From: Thermoanaerobaculia bacterium
Lineage (GTDB): Bacteria > Acidobacteriota > Thermoanaerobaculia > Multivoradales > UBA5704
Reading direction: 5' to 3'
NCBI GenBank assembly: GCA_049284515.1
Contig: JBAPYB010000416.1
Location: forward strand, 3,582-67,581
DNA: 64,000 nucleotides
The stretch's first letter is position 1; each line of letters begins with the position of its first letter. Below the pieces are notes generated by a model. It made no database searches. It saw nothing but the letters and a program-made list of their open reading frames with translations, and had not been told where the DNA came from. Shown here piece by piece: positions 46,382 to 57,696 of this stretch. The position numbers and the translations under genes are program-made.

Positions 46382-47482
46382 TCAGACCCGCCCACGCCGT
46401 CCCGCCATGTCCACTGCCACGGCGGCGACGAGGATGCCGCCTTTGAGGATGGGCTGCCAGAAGGCTTCGGTGTTGAGGAGGCTCATGCCGTTGTCGAGCG
46501 AGGCCATGACCAGGGCGCCCAGGAGGGCTCCCCAGACGGTTCCCTGACCGCCGAGCAGGGAGGTGCCGCCGATCACGGCGGCGGCGATGGCGTCGAGCTC
46601 CATGAGCTGGCCGGCGTTGGGGGTCGCGGCTCCCACCCTGGCGGTGAGGACCACGCCGGCCGCTCCCGCCAGCAGGCCCATGAGGGTGAAGACCCCGACG
46701 AGATGGCGCTCGATGGCGATGCCGGAGTAGAAGGCCGCCTCACGGTTGCCGCCGATCGCATAGAGGTGACGACCGAACGGAGTGTGGTGGGCGACGGTGG
46801 AAAGGACGGTCGCGAGGGCCAGGACCACCAGGACCGGCACCGGGACGCCCGCGTAGGCGTTCATCAACGCTACGGCGCCGATCGCCAGGGCGGCGAGGCC
46901 CAGGCGCCCGAGACGCCGGCGGCCCCATCGGCGGTCATCGATGCGCCAGGCGGTGAGCGCCAGGGCCACGGCGACGACTCCGGCCACGAGCCAGCCCGCG
47001 AGCGGCGGCAGGTAGGCCTGGCCCAGGAAGAGGAACGGCCGCGGCGGCGAGGTCGAGACGCCGCCGGTAACGCCGAGGAGCGTGCCCTGGAAGACGAGCA
47101 TGCCGCCCAGGGTGACGATGAAGGGGGGAATCCGCAGCCAGGCCACGAGGCTCCCTTCGAGGGCGCCCAGCACCGCGCCCACGGCGAGCGCCAGCAGGAT
47201 GGCGGGGCACAGCGGCCAGCTGAGCCGCGTGTAGGCGAGGGCCGCGAGGGCGCCGGTCAGGCCGGCCAGGGCGCCGACCGAGAGGTCGATCTGGCCGGCG
47301 ACGATCACCAGCACCATGCCGACTGCCAGGATGGAGGTCACCGCCATCTGGCGGGCCAGCAGGGAGAGGTTGCGCGGCAGCAGGAAGGTGCCGCCGGTGG
47401 CCACCGAGAAGACCAGCCAGATGGCGAGCAGCGCTCCCACCATGGTGAGCGCGCGCCAGTCGACGGGCAGGCGTTTCAGCAT
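46382..47482 (-). CDS. xylH: Xylose ABC transporter permease
   Basis: 366 aa with many TM helices. Sugar-type permease in an operon with xylF and xylG. Confidence 0.8.
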   Translation of the reverse strand: MLKRLPVDWRALTMVGALLAIWLVFSVATGGTFLLPRNLSLLARQMAVTSILAVGMVLVIVAGQIDLSVGALAGLTGALAALAYTRLSWPLCPAILLALAVGAVLGALEGSLVAWLRIPPFIVTLGGMLVFQGTLLGVTGGVSTSPPRPFLFLGQAYLPPLAGWLVAGVVAVALALTAWRIDDRRWGRRRLGRLGLAALAIGAVALMNAYAGVPVPVLVVLALATVLSTVAHHTPFGRHLYAIGGNREAAFYSGIAIERHLVGVFTLMGLLAGAAGVVLTARVGAATPNAGQLMELDAIAAAVIGGTSLLGGQGTVWGALLGALVMASLDNGMSLLNTEAFWQPILKGGILVAAVAVDMAGRRGRV

Positions 47483-47483
47483 C

Positions 47484-49031
<1,548 letters not shown>

Positions 49032-49102
49032 GGCGGCAGTCTACTGCGTCAGCGGAGCTCCGGGCGGCGGTCCCGGCAGGCCGCCGCCCGGTTGAGAACA
49101 AT

Positions 49103-50026
49103 TCAGTGGCCTGGAGTGCCGGAGGTGCAGGTGACGCAGACCCAGATGCAGTGCAGATGGTCGCATCCGTCGCTGGACTGATTGGGATCGGTGCTGTTCA
49201 GATCGCAGTGGCAGGTCTGGCGGGGGCACTGCCCCGCCGGACAACTGGGCGTCGGCGAGGGGGAGGGGCTCGTCGACGCGAGGGTGGGACGCGTCGGCTC
49301 CCCCTTGAGCACTGCCGGGGAGACGCCGGCGACGAAGTTCGAGGAGGCCGGCAGCACGGTGTCCGGCCGGCCGTCGCCGTCGGTGTCGATCTTGACGCCG
49401 GCCGGATACTGCGGCGCCTTGACGTAGGCCCAGACGGAGCGGCTGCCGGGCCCAAGATCGATACGGCGGGTGACTTCGCGCCGGCCGCTGCGGTCGCCGT
49501 CGACGGGCGTGAACACGGCCTTGACGCGCAAGGCCAGCGGCGCCGAGTAGGTCCCGCCGAGCGCCTCGGTCCGGAAGATGCGCATCGTCGTGACCGGCTG
49601 CTCGCCAGACAGGCTGACGGCGACGACGTACTGGCCGCAACTCGTCTCGATCGGCTTGACGCTCACCAGCGACAACGCCAGCAACTGGATGCGGGTCGTG
49701 GCCTCGCCCTGGGCATTGAAGGTCGCGTCGTCGAGCCGGCGCACGGCGGTGTCGATGCCGCCGAGGCTGCCGGCGGGCGATGCCGCGAGCGGCGCGCCCT
49801 TGAACACGATCTTGCCGGTGAAGGGCTGCGAGCCGGTGCAGAAGAAGTCCGCCGGGATCGGCTCGCTGGCGAAGCTCGTCTGCGCGAAACCTGCGACGGT
49901 GATCCACAGGTCGACGCCCGAGTGGATGGAATTTCCCGCTCCCGCGAAGGCGAGCGGGCCGCCGATGAGGGCAAGGAGCAAGGCTCCCGGAATGGCTGAA
50001 CGGATCCAAGGCCTCGTGATCTTCAT
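49103..50026 (-). CDS. Secreted protein of unknown function with a Cys/His-rich C-terminal tail
   Basis: Probable start is MKITRPW, with signal peptide ALLLALIGGPLAFAGAG. The tail reads CPAGQCPRQTCHCD...CDHLHCIWVCVTCTSG. Confidence 0.5.
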   Translation of the reverse strand: MKITRPWIRSAIPGALLLALIGGPLAFAGAGNSIHSGVDLWITVAGFAQTSFASEPIPADFFCTGSQPFTGKIVFKGAPLAASPAGSLGGIDTAVRRLDDATFNAQGEATTRIQLLALSLVSVKPIETSCGQYVVAVSLSGEQPVTTMRIFRTEALGGTYSAPLALRVKAVFTPVDGDRSGRREVTRRIDLGPGSRSVWAYVKAPQYPAGVKIDTDGDGRPDTVLPASSNFVAGVSPAVLKGEPTRPTLASTSPSPSPTPSCPAGQCPRQTCHCDLNSTDPNQSSDGCDHLHCIWVCVTCTSGTPGH

Positions 50027-50156
50027 TTCTCCGCTCCTTTCGGTCATTGTGGACTGTGGTGGGCTCTGGCCCGGGGCGGCCTGCGAGCCCCTTCTACAAG
50101 AACAGTGCACCGGAGCCCGGTCCGTGATACTCACCGGCGGGCCGCTGTTCCCAGGA

Positions 50157-51158
50157 CTATTTGCCGTATACCTGCTCGCGGCTATGGAAACCGTCGGCGA
50201 TCACGGTGGAGCCCAGGTTCGCCTTGTCCACGGCGATCGGATCCAACAGCACGCTCGGCACGTCCTTGAAGCCGTTGTTGAGCCGCCGGGTCGGCTTTTC
50301 GTACGGCTGCTTCTTCGCCATGGCCACCGCGATCTCCGCCGCCTTCGTGGCGAGGCCCTTGATGGGCTTGTAGACCGTCATGCTCTGGGTGCCGGCGACG
50401 ATCCGCTGGCAGGCGGTGAGCTCCGCGTCCTGGCCGGTGACCACGACCTTGCCCGCGAGCTGCTGCTCGGCCAACGCCTGGATCGCTCCGCCCGCCAGGC
50501 CGTCGTTGGCCGCCACCACCGCGTCGATGCGGTTGTTCTGCCGCGTCAGGGCGTTCTCCATGATCTTCAGCGCCTCGACGGGCTGCCAGTCGGCGGCGTA
50601 CTGGTCGGTGATGATGTCGATCTCGTGCCGGTCGACGTAGGGCTTCAGGACCTTCATCTGCCCCTGGTGGTAGAGGACGGCGTTGTTGTCGGCCGGCGAG
50701 CCGCCGATCACCACGTAATGCCCCTTGGGCGCTCGCTGCACCGCGTAGCCGGCCTGCAGCTCGCCCACCCGCTCGTTGTCGAACGAGAGATAGAGGTCGA
50801 CGTCCGCGTCGTTGATCAGCCGGTCGTAGGCGATGACCGGCACGCCCGCCCGGTGTGCCGCTTCGACGATCGTCGCCGCGGTCTTGCTGTTGTGCGGCGC
50901 CACCACCAGCACGTCCACGCCCTGGGTGAGGAGGTTCTCGGCCTGGGAGTTCTGCACCGCCTCGTCGTTGTTGGCCGCCTGCACGAGGACGCGGGCGTCC
51001 AGCTCGCCGCAGCGCTTGACGAACAGGTCGCGGTCGCGCTGCCAGCGCTCCTCGCGAAGGGTGTCGAGCGAGAGGCCGATGGTGAGCTGCCGGCCGCCGC
51101 GGCGGCAGCCGGCCGCGAAAGCCACGGCGAGCAGCAGGATCAGGACCTTCCATCGCAT
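50157..51158 (-). CDS. xylF: D-xylose ABC transporter substrate-binding protein
   Basis: Long collinear similarity to E. coli XylF as I recall it (RWQ.DRD.FVK, GVDVLV, YDR.INDAD.D.Y.SFDNE.VGELQA, GQMKVLKPYVD, KIMENALT..NN.IDAVVA.ND..AGGAIQAL, GTQ.MTVYKPI). Lipoprotein signal is AFAAGC. Confidence 0.85.
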   Translation of the reverse strand: MRWKVLILLLAVAFAAGCRRGGRQLTIGLSLDTLREERWQRDRDLFVKRCGELDARVLVQAANNDEAVQNSQAENLLTQGVDVLVVAPHNSKTAATIVEAAHRAGVPVIAYDRLINDADVDLYLSFDNERVGELQAGYAVQRAPKGHYVVIGGSPADNNAVLYHQGQMKVLKPYVDRHEIDIITDQYAADWQPVEALKIMENALTRQNNRIDAVVAANDGLAGGAIQALAEQQLAGKVVVTGQDAELTACQRIVAGTQSMTVYKPIKGLATKAAEIAVAMAKKQPYEKPTRRLNNGFKDVPSVLLDPIAVDKANLGSTVIADGFHSREQVYGK

Positions 51159-51248
51159 GGTGCGGGCCTCCCGAAGAGGGTTCCAGACGGTGGCGAGAGC
51201 CTACGGCCCGAGAGGAGGGGGCGTCAACGACTACACGGCTGCCGAGGC

Positions 51249-52367
51249 TCAAGGCCCCGCGGCCACCTCTCCCTGATTCATGAAGACCTCGGCCGTGTCG
51301 AAAGCCAGGGACTCGGTGTTGGTGTCCGAGCTGTTGGAGAGGACCATCACGGAAAGGCTCTCCTCGGGATAGTGGAGATAGTAGGCGGTGTACCCCATCC
51401 AGAGGCCCGAATGGCCGTAGTAAAGCTCGCCGGTGTCGGCCGAAACATCCACGAACCAGCCGAAGGCGTACGAGGAGGTCTCGCTGGGCGTCACCATCTC
51501 CCTCAGCAGGCCGGGCCTCAGCAAGGCGCCGCCGAAGAGCGCCCGGTCGTAACGGGCCAGGTCGGCGACGGTCGAGTAGACCTCCCCCGAGCCGTAGAGG
51601 AAGTTGAGAGAGTCGGAGTCGTCGACAACCCACTCGCCGAGTTGGCGGTCATACCCCAGGGCCCGCTTGGCCTGGCTCAACCGCGCGTCGTCGAAGATGA
51701 AGGTGTTGGTCATCCCCGACGGGCCGAAGACCCTTTCCTGCATGAACTGGGGAAAGGGCTCCTTGGCGACCCTCTCCACGATCAGCCCCAGAAGGTCGAA
51801 ACCCGTGTCGCTGTAGGCGTATTGGGTGCCGGGCCGGAAATCGAGGCGGCGCCACCTCGCCAGGAGCCGGAGGGAATCGTCGACCGTGGGCCTTCTGGGC
51901 CATTGCTCCAGGGTACTGTAGGGGTCCGGAACCCCGCTCGCGTTCTGCAGCAGGTTGCGGATCCTGACCTTGTCGCCCCAGCCGCGCATCTCCGGCAGAT
52001 AGCGGACCGCGCGATCGTCGAGCCGGAGCTTCCCGTCCTGGACGAGGAGGAGGATCGCCACCGCCGTCATCTCCTTGCCGCAGGAGGCGAGATGGAAGGC
52101 GGTGTCTTTGTCCACCGGCGTCTTCTTGCGCAGGTCGGCGGAGCCGTAGCCTCCCTGGAAGACCACCTGCCCCTTGTGGACCACACCGACGGCGGCCCCG
52201 GGCGTATCGCCGTCGAATCCCGCGAACAGCTCGTCCACCCGCTCCCGCACCGTCTGGCCGGGCCGCGGCCGGCGGCCCACCCAGGTGACCGACACCGCCT
52301 CCAGCGACAGACAGGCGCAGACGGCGACCGCCAGCACCGAGATGTAAATCAAGCGTCTCCAGAGCAT
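51249..52367 (-). CDS. Serine hydrolase (beta-lactamase/PBP4-like family)
   Basis: SxxK motif is ASCGKEMTA. A YSDTG-type Y.x.N-equivalent region is present, with an N-terminal TM/signal segment. Confidence 0.8.
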   Translation of the reverse strand: MLWRRLIYISVLAVAVCACLSLEAVSVTWVGRRPRPGQTVRERVDELFAGFDGDTPGAAVGVVHKGQVVFQGGYGSADLRKKTPVDKDTAFHLASCGKEMTAVAILLLVQDGKLRLDDRAVRYLPEMRGWGDKVRIRNLLQNASGVPDPYSTLEQWPRRPTVDDSLRLLARWRRLDFRPGTQYAYSDTGFDLLGLIVERVAKEPFPQFMQERVFGPSGMTNTFIFDDARLSQAKRALGYDRQLGEWVVDDSDSLNFLYGSGEVYSTVADLARYDRALFGGALLRPGLLREMVTPSETSSYAFGWFVDVSADTGELYYGHSGLWMGYTAYYLHYPEESLSVMVLSNSSDTNTESLAFDTAEVFMNQGEVAAGP

Positions 52368-52422
52368 CGTCGCGTCCTCGCCCCCAGACCCGAAGGGATG
52401 CAAGAACCAGGACCACGATAAC

Positions 52423-53187
52423 TCAAGGGGCGGGCGGACATGCCAGGGCGGGGAAGGATCTCTGCCTCCGCCTCTCTTTCAGCTCCAGGTACTTCCGCTT
52501 GCGCTGGCGCGCCATCCAGATCTGCGGCGCCACGGTGAGCACGATGAGGAGGGCGACCACCGCCGCGAACTGGACGTAGATCTTGTTGCGCTCGGGACCT
52601 GCGAGGTGAACCAGGGAGGATGCGAAGTAGGCATAGAGGAGATTGGCGGGAATCAGCCCGAGCGCGGTCGTGAGCATGAAAAGGCCCGGCGGGATTCCTG
52701 CCAGCGCGGCGCAGTAGTTGACCAGCGGATAGGGGATCGGCAAGAGGCGCACGGCGACGAGGCTCCAGAACCCCCGTCGTGCAATGGCGCGTTCCACCTT
52801 CTTCAAGTGGTTCCCCGCCAGGTGGAGCACGAAGTCGCGTCCCAGGATGCGCCCCAGGAAATAGGTCACGACGCCCCCCAGCCAGAGCCCCACCATGTTG
52901 TAGAGGAAGCCCCGAAGGAACCCGAAGACGATTCCCCCGGCGAGCATGAGGGGAGACGCCGGCACGGGCAGCGGGCAGAGCACGACGTAGGCCGCGATCA
53001 GCGCCAGGGGCGCCCACCAGCTCGCCCGCAGCCGGTCGAAGAGGGCGGAGATCTTTTCGACCGTCAGATAGTTATGCAGAGGGGTGAAACGCAGAACGGC
53101 GGCGCCGGTGACCACCAGGACCACCAGGGCCACGAAGCGGAGCACGAGGTGCCGTGGCACCCGTCGTTGATGAGATTGGGATGTCAT
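52423..53187 (-). CDS. TVP38/TMEM64 (DedA-related) family membrane protein
   Basis: Multi-TM protein. Contains PLPVPASPLMLAGGIVFG and RLLPIPYPLVNYCAALAGI, which are family-typical segments. Confidence 0.75.
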   Translation of the reverse strand: MTSQSHQRRVPRHLVLRFVALVVLVVTGAAVLRFTPLHNYLTVEKISALFDRLRASWWAPLALIAAYVVLCPLPVPASPLMLAGGIVFGFLRGFLYNMVGLWLGGVVTYFLGRILGRDFVLHLAGNHLKKVERAIARRGFWSLVAVRLLPIPYPLVNYCAALAGIPPGLFMLTTALGLIPANLLYAYFASSLVHLAGPERNKIYVQFAAVVALLIVLTVAPQIWMARQRKRKYLELKERRRQRSFPALACPPAP

Positions 53188-53249
53188 TGGCAGGAAAGTG
53201 TCCGAGTCAAGCGGACGATATGCGATGCATGGCTCGGCGGCAAGCCAGC

Positions 53250-53543
53250 TCAACTCCGCTGTTTCCAGTGTTTCGGATTGCGAGCGTTGTGCAGGATCGC
53301 AGTCACTCGGACCGTGTCTCCATCGATCCGGTAGAAGATTCCGTAGGGAAAGCGACCTGTGGCGGCTGCTCTTCGGACCGCCGGATCCACCCGAGGGTAG
53401 ATCCGCGGATTCTCGCGGATGGATGAAAGAGTCGCTTCAATCGCGGCGAGGAACGAACTCCCAAGACCTGGTTGTCTTGTTTCGTACCAGTCTGTCGCTT
53501 CCCGAAGATCGGCCTTTGCTTGCAGGCGAAGAATCAGCCTCAT
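53250..53543 (-). CDS. RelE/ParE-family toxin
   Basis: 97 aa with A.ADL.EA..WY...PGLG..F and YGIFYRIDGDTVRVTAILH, which are ParE/RelE hallmarks. Confidence 0.8.
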   Translation of the reverse strand: MRLILRLQAKADLREATDWYETRQPGLGSSFLAAIEATLSSIRENPRIYPRVDPAVRRAAATGRFPYGIFYRIDGDTVRVTAILHNARNPKHWKQRS

Positions 53544-53767
53544 GTCTTGGGCTGGAGCTCTGCTTTGACCTCTTCCCAGGTTTGCTCGGCGGCGGGGTTG
53601 CGCTCGATGTCCGCCGAGCGCTCCTCAAGGATCTGCCTCTGCCAATCAGGGATGGCGAGGAACCGAGCCTCATCTCCAGGATCAACGCTCTCCCAAAGAA
53701 TCTGGGCAAGCTCCATACGCTCGTCTAGAGGCAGCTCCAGCAGCTTTCGGATCTCGGCGGTCTTCAT
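53540..53767 (-). CDS. Addiction-module antitoxin
   Basis: 75 aa. Contains LPLDERMELAQILWESV, a putative addiction-module component pattern. 4-nt overlap with the toxin gene. Confidence 0.7.
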   Translation of the reverse strand: MKTAEIRKLLELPLDERMELAQILWESVDPGDEARFLAIPDWQRQILEERSADIERNPAAEQTWEEVKAELQPKT

Positions 53768-53798
53768 GACTCAAAGTCTACAGGAAATGGAGCCGGCC

Positions 53799-54083
53799 CT
53801 ACTTGAGCTGCGTCAGCGGAGATCCCTCGCCGGGCTTTGCTTCGGCGGGAAACAGGAACTCCTTCATATGCTTCGTCAGGGTCTCCTGCGCCACGGGGTC
53901 CATGAAGTTGAGGCGCAGCTCGTTGATGACCATGACTTCCATCTTCTGCCATTCGTTCCAGCAGTCGAGGCAGACCCGCTCGCGGACCTCGGCGCCGAGC
54001 CTTCCGGGAAGGGGCTGACGGGGCAGGGCGGGCGCCTCGAGGCGGCCGCAACGGGCACAGTGGAGGGTTGCCGGGTCCGCCAT
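53799..54083 (-). CDS. yggX: Fe(II)-trafficking / oxidative-damage protection protein YggX
   Basis: Contains C.RCG......P.PG.LG......VC..CW.EW...E.MVINELRLN. 94 aa. Confidence 0.8.
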   Translation of the reverse strand: MADPATLHCARCGRLEAPALPRQPLPGRLGAEVRERVCLDCWNEWQKMEVMVINELRLNFMDPVAQETLTKHMKEFLFPAEAKPGEGSPLTQLK

Positions 54084-54350
54084 CTAACGCACCTCGCCAG
54101 GTAGGACGATGAGACTGTCGGCGCGCTCCAGGACTTCCTTCGGCACGCGCACCAGCAGCAGCAGATCGCGCTCCTCGCGCCGTCCCTTGAGGCTCTTCAC
54201 CACTTCGTCGGGAACGGAGAGGGTGACGTAGGCCGGCCGCTTGGCGTTCTGGCGGGCGCTGTCCGTCACCAGCTCCTCGACGTGCACCATCTCCACCCGC
54301 TGCGGGTACTTTTCGAGGGCGTAGCTCAGGGCCTTCAGGGGATCTTGCAT
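54084..54350 (-). CDS. Hypothetical small protein
   Basis: 88-aa ORF whose stop abuts the yggX start. No motif was recognised. Confidence 0.4.
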   Translation of the reverse strand: MQDPLKALSYALEKYPQRVEMVHVEELVTDSARQNAKRPAYVTLSVPDEVVKSLKGRREERDLLLLVRVPKEVLERADSLIVLPGEVR

Positions 54351-54359
54351 GGCTCGATT

Positions 54360-55316
54360 CTACACGCGGGGAGCGCTCTGGCCGGCGAGGACGCCGCGGA
54401 AGTAGGCGATGGTGCTCTCCAGCCCCTTGGCCAGCGGCACCTTGGGCTCCCAGCCCAGCCGCGTGCGGGCGAGAGTGATGTCCGGCTGACGGGTCTGCGG
54501 ATCGTCCACCGGCAGCGGGTTGAAGATGATGGGGCTCGAGCTGCCGACGGCGGCGCGAATGGTCTCGGCGAACTCCAGGATGGTCATCTCGTGAGGATTG
54601 CCGATGTTGCACGGCTCTTCGAGATCGCTCATCAGCAGCCGCCAGATCCCCTCGATGAGGTCGTCCACGTAGCAGAAGGAGCGGGTCTGCTGGCCGGAGC
54701 CGAAGACGGTCATGGGCTCGCCGCTGAGGGCCTGCTGCACGAAGGCCGGCACCACCCGGCCGTCGCGCACCCGCATGCGCGGCCCGTAGGTGTTGAAGAT
54801 ACGCACGATGCGCACCTCCAGGCCGTGATAGCGGTGATAGGCCATGGCCATCGCCTCGGCGAAGCGCTTGGCCTCGTCGTAGACGCCGCGGGGACCGATG
54901 GGGTTGACGTTGCCCCAGTAGGTCTCCTTCTGCGGGTGCTCCTTGGGGTCGCCGTAGACCTCGGAGGTGGAGGCGAGGAGGAAGCGCGCCCGCTTCGCCT
55001 TGGCCAGGCCGAGGCTGTTGTGGGTGCCGAGCGAGCCGACCTTCAACGTCTGGATGGGCAGCTCCAGGTAGTCGATGGGCGAGGCGGGCGAGGCGAAGTG
55101 GAGGATGTAGTCGACCGGCCCCTCCACCTCGTAGGGCTTCGAGACGTCGTGCTCCAGGTACTCGAACTCTTCCCTGCCGCCGAGATGGGCGATGTTCTCC
55201 TTCCGTCCGGTCAGGAGGTTGTCGACGCAGACTACCCGGTGGCCCTCGGCGAGCGCCCTTTCGCAAAGGTGGGAGCCGAGGAAGCCGGCACCGCCCGTGA
55301 TGACCACCCGGCTCAT
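54360..55316 (-). CDS. uxs: UDP-glucuronate decarboxylase (UDP-xylose synthase)
   Basis: Start is [17 protein letters not shown]. Contains [12 protein letters not shown] and YDEAKR (catalytic YxxxK). ATGA overlap with ugd. Confidence 0.85.
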   Translation of the reverse strand: MSRVVITGGAGFLGSHLCERALAEGHRVVCVDNLLTGRKENIAHLGGREEFEYLEHDVSKPYEVEGPVDYILHFASPASPIDYLELPIQTLKVGSLGTHNSLGLAKAKRARFLLASTSEVYGDPKEHPQKETYWGNVNPIGPRGVYDEAKRFAEAMAMAYHRYHGLEVRIVRIFNTYGPRMRVRDGRVVPAFVQQALSGEPMTVFGSGQQTRSFCYVDDLIEGIWRLLMSDLEEPCNIGNPHEMTILEFAETIRAAVGSSSPIIFNPLPVDDPQTRQPDITLARTRLGWEPKVPLAKGLESTIAYFRGVLAGQSAPRV

Positions 55317-56665
55317 GAGCGTCCCCCAGCCGTCACCACGGCGGGGCGAGCCTCGGGGACTCCCTCGGGGCGGCCGATCGAGACGTAGCGGAAGCCGGCG
55401 GCGGCCATCTTCTCGGGATCGTAGAGGTTGCGCAGGTCGATCACCAGCGGCTCCCGCAGCAGCTCCAGCAGGCGGTCGAGCTCCAGCTTGCGGAACTGGT
55501 TCCACTCGGTGACGATGACCAGGGCGTCCGCCCCTGCCGCCGTCTCGTAGGCGTGCTCACAATAGGTCACGGTGGGAAAGAGGGGCTTGCACCCCTCCAT
55601 CGCCTCGGGATCGAAAGCCCGCACCACGGCGCCGCGTGCGAGCAGCCCCGCGAGGATGGGCAGGGCCGGCGACTCGCGCATGTCATCCGTGTTCGGCTTG
55701 AAGGAGAGGCCGAGGACGGCGATCGTCTTGCCGGCGATCTCGCCGAGGGCGTTCTCGATCTTGGCGATCATCCGCTTCTGGGTGGCCTCGTTGACTTCGA
55801 GGACGGCCTCGATGATGCGGAACTTCAGCCCCTGGTCGCGGGCGATCTGGGCCACGGCGCGCGTGTCCTTGGGGAAGCAGGAGCCGCCATAGCCGGGGCC
55901 GGCGGAGAGGAATTTCGGGCCGATCCGGTTGTCGAGCCCCATGCCCTTGGACACCACCTCGACGTTGGCGCCCCAGGCCTCGCAGATCTGGGCCACCTCG
56001 TTGATGAACGAGATCTTGGTGGCGAGGAAGCCGTTGGAGGCGTACTTGATGAGCTCGGCCGTCTCGACGTCGGTGACGATGAACGGCACGTCGGCGGCGG
56101 CGAGCGGCGAGTAGACGTCCTTCATCAGCTCTGCGGCCCGCGGGTCCTTGGTGCCGATGACCACCCGGTCGGGTTGCATGAAGTCCTCGATGGCCGAGCC
56201 CTCGCGCAGGAACTCGGGGTTGCTCACCACGGCGAACTTGTGGCGGCTCCCCGCTCCCTCGCGGACGATGGCCTCGATCATCTGGCCGGTGCCGATGGGC
56301 ACCGTGCTCTTGGTGACGATGATCTTGTAGCCGTTCAGGTGCTGGGCGATGGAGGCGGCGACCTCGCGGATGAAGGTGAGATCGGCCGAGCCGTCGGACT
56401 TCGGCGGCGTGCCCACGGCGATGAACACCGCCTGGGCCTCCTCGATGGCGGGGCCGAGGTCGGTGGTGAACCGCAGCCTCCCCTCTTCCATGTTCTTCTG
56501 CACCAGGGTCTCGAGGCCGGGCTCGTAGATGGGGACCTTGCCGCGCGACAGGGCCGCGACCTTGGCCACGTCCTTGTCCACCCCCACCACGTGCATCCCG
56601 AAGTCCGCCAGGCAGACGCCCGTCACCAGACCGACGTAACCGCTACCGACGACGCAGATGTTCAT
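55313..56665 (-). CDS. ugd: UDP-glucose 6-dehydrogenase
   Basis: 450 aa. N-terminus is [16 protein letters not shown], and GGSCFPKD carries the catalytic Cys motif. Confidence 0.9.
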   Translation of the reverse strand: MNICVVGSGYVGLVTGVCLADFGMHVVGVDKDVAKVAALSRGKVPIYEPGLETLVQKNMEEGRLRFTTDLGPAIEEAQAVFIAVGTPPKSDGSADLTFIREVAASIAQHLNGYKIIVTKSTVPIGTGQMIEAIVREGAGSRHKFAVVSNPEFLREGSAIEDFMQPDRVVIGTKDPRAAELMKDVYSPLAAADVPFIVTDVETAELIKYASNGFLATKISFINEVAQICEAWGANVEVVSKGMGLDNRIGPKFLSAGPGYGGSCFPKDTRAVAQIARDQGLKFRIIEAVLEVNEATQKRMIAKIENALGEIAGKTIAVLGLSFKPNTDDMRESPALPILAGLLARGAVVRAFDPEAMEGCKPLFPTVTYCEHAYETAAGADALVIVTEWNQFRKLELDRLLELLREPLVIDLRNLYDPEKMAAAGFRYVSIGRPEGVPEARPAVVTAGGRS

Positions 56666-56681
56666 ATTGAATCAGGCTCGC

Positions 56682-57662
56682 TCAAGAAATGTTTGAGGTT
56701 TTGAGACGTTCGGCGCGCTCACGATACCAGGAGACGAAACGGCGCAGGCCTTCCCGGATGGGTACCTTCGGGGAGTAACCCAGGATTCGTGCCGCCTTGG
56801 AGACGTCGGCGTAGGTGATCGGAACGTCGCCGGGTTGGGCAGGAAGATAGTCGATCCTGGGCTCGACGGCAAGCTCCGCGGCGATCCAGGCCACCAGGTC
56901 GCGCAGGGAGGTGGTGTCCGCGCCGCCCAGGTTGAGGATCTCGAACCCCGGCGCGAGGTCGAGCGACGCCAGGAGGCCGTCGACGATGTCGTCGACGTAG
57001 GTGTAGTCCCGCCGGCTCGCGCCGTCGCCGAACATGGGCACCGGCAGGCCCCGGTAGAGGAGATCCGTGAACTTGTGGATCGCCATCTCCGGGCGCTGTC
57101 CGGGGCCGAAGACCGTGAAGAAGCGCAGGCAGGCCACCCGGAAGCCGTGGAGGTGATGGTAGTTGTAGCAGAGCAGCTCGCCCGCGCGCTTGGTGGTGGC
57201 GTAGGGGCTGATGGGCTGATTCACCTCGTCGGCCTCGCAGAAGGGCACCTTCTCGTTGATGCCGTAGACCGACGAGGAAGAGCCGAAAATGAAGGTCTTC
57301 GGCCCGTGCCGCCGTGCCGCTTCCAGCAGCCGCAGGGTGCCGATGCAGTTGACGTCCTCATAGAGGACGGGCTCCGCGAGGCTCGGGCGCACCCCGGCGC
57401 GCGCCGCGAGGTGCACGACGGCGTCGAATTGCCCTCCGGCATACAGGCGGTCGACCAGCAGCTCGTCGCGGATGTCCCCCTCGACCAGCCGGTAGGCGGG
57501 GTCCGGCAGGAACGAGGCGACGTTCTCCCGCTTGCGGGCGGGATCGTAGAAGTCGTTGAAGTCGTCCAGCACGGTCACCCGGTCACCGCGGGCGAGCAGC
57601 CGCCGGGTGAGGTGCGAGCCAATGAAACCCGCGCCGCCGGTCACCAGGATGTGGGATGCCAT
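56682..57662 (-). CDS. NAD-dependent sugar-nucleotide epimerase (UDP-glucuronate 4-epimerase-like)
   Basis: Start is MASHILVTGGAGFIGSHL. Contains YATTKRAGE (YxxxK). Confidence 0.8.
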   Translation of the reverse strand: MASHILVTGGAGFIGSHLTRRLLARGDRVTVLDDFNDFYDPARKRENVASFLPDPAYRLVEGDIRDELLVDRLYAGGQFDAVVHLAARAGVRPSLAEPVLYEDVNCIGTLRLLEAARRHGPKTFIFGSSSSVYGINEKVPFCEADEVNQPISPYATTKRAGELLCYNYHHLHGFRVACLRFFTVFGPGQRPEMAIHKFTDLLYRGLPVPMFGDGASRRDYTYVDDIVDGLLASLDLAPGFEILNLGGADTTSLRDLVAWIAAELAVEPRIDYLPAQPGDVPITYADVSKAARILGYSPKVPIREGLRRFVSWYRERAERLKTSNIS

Positions 57663-57696
57663 GGCTCTCTTCGTCGTCTCCCAGGAGGTTGCGGCC

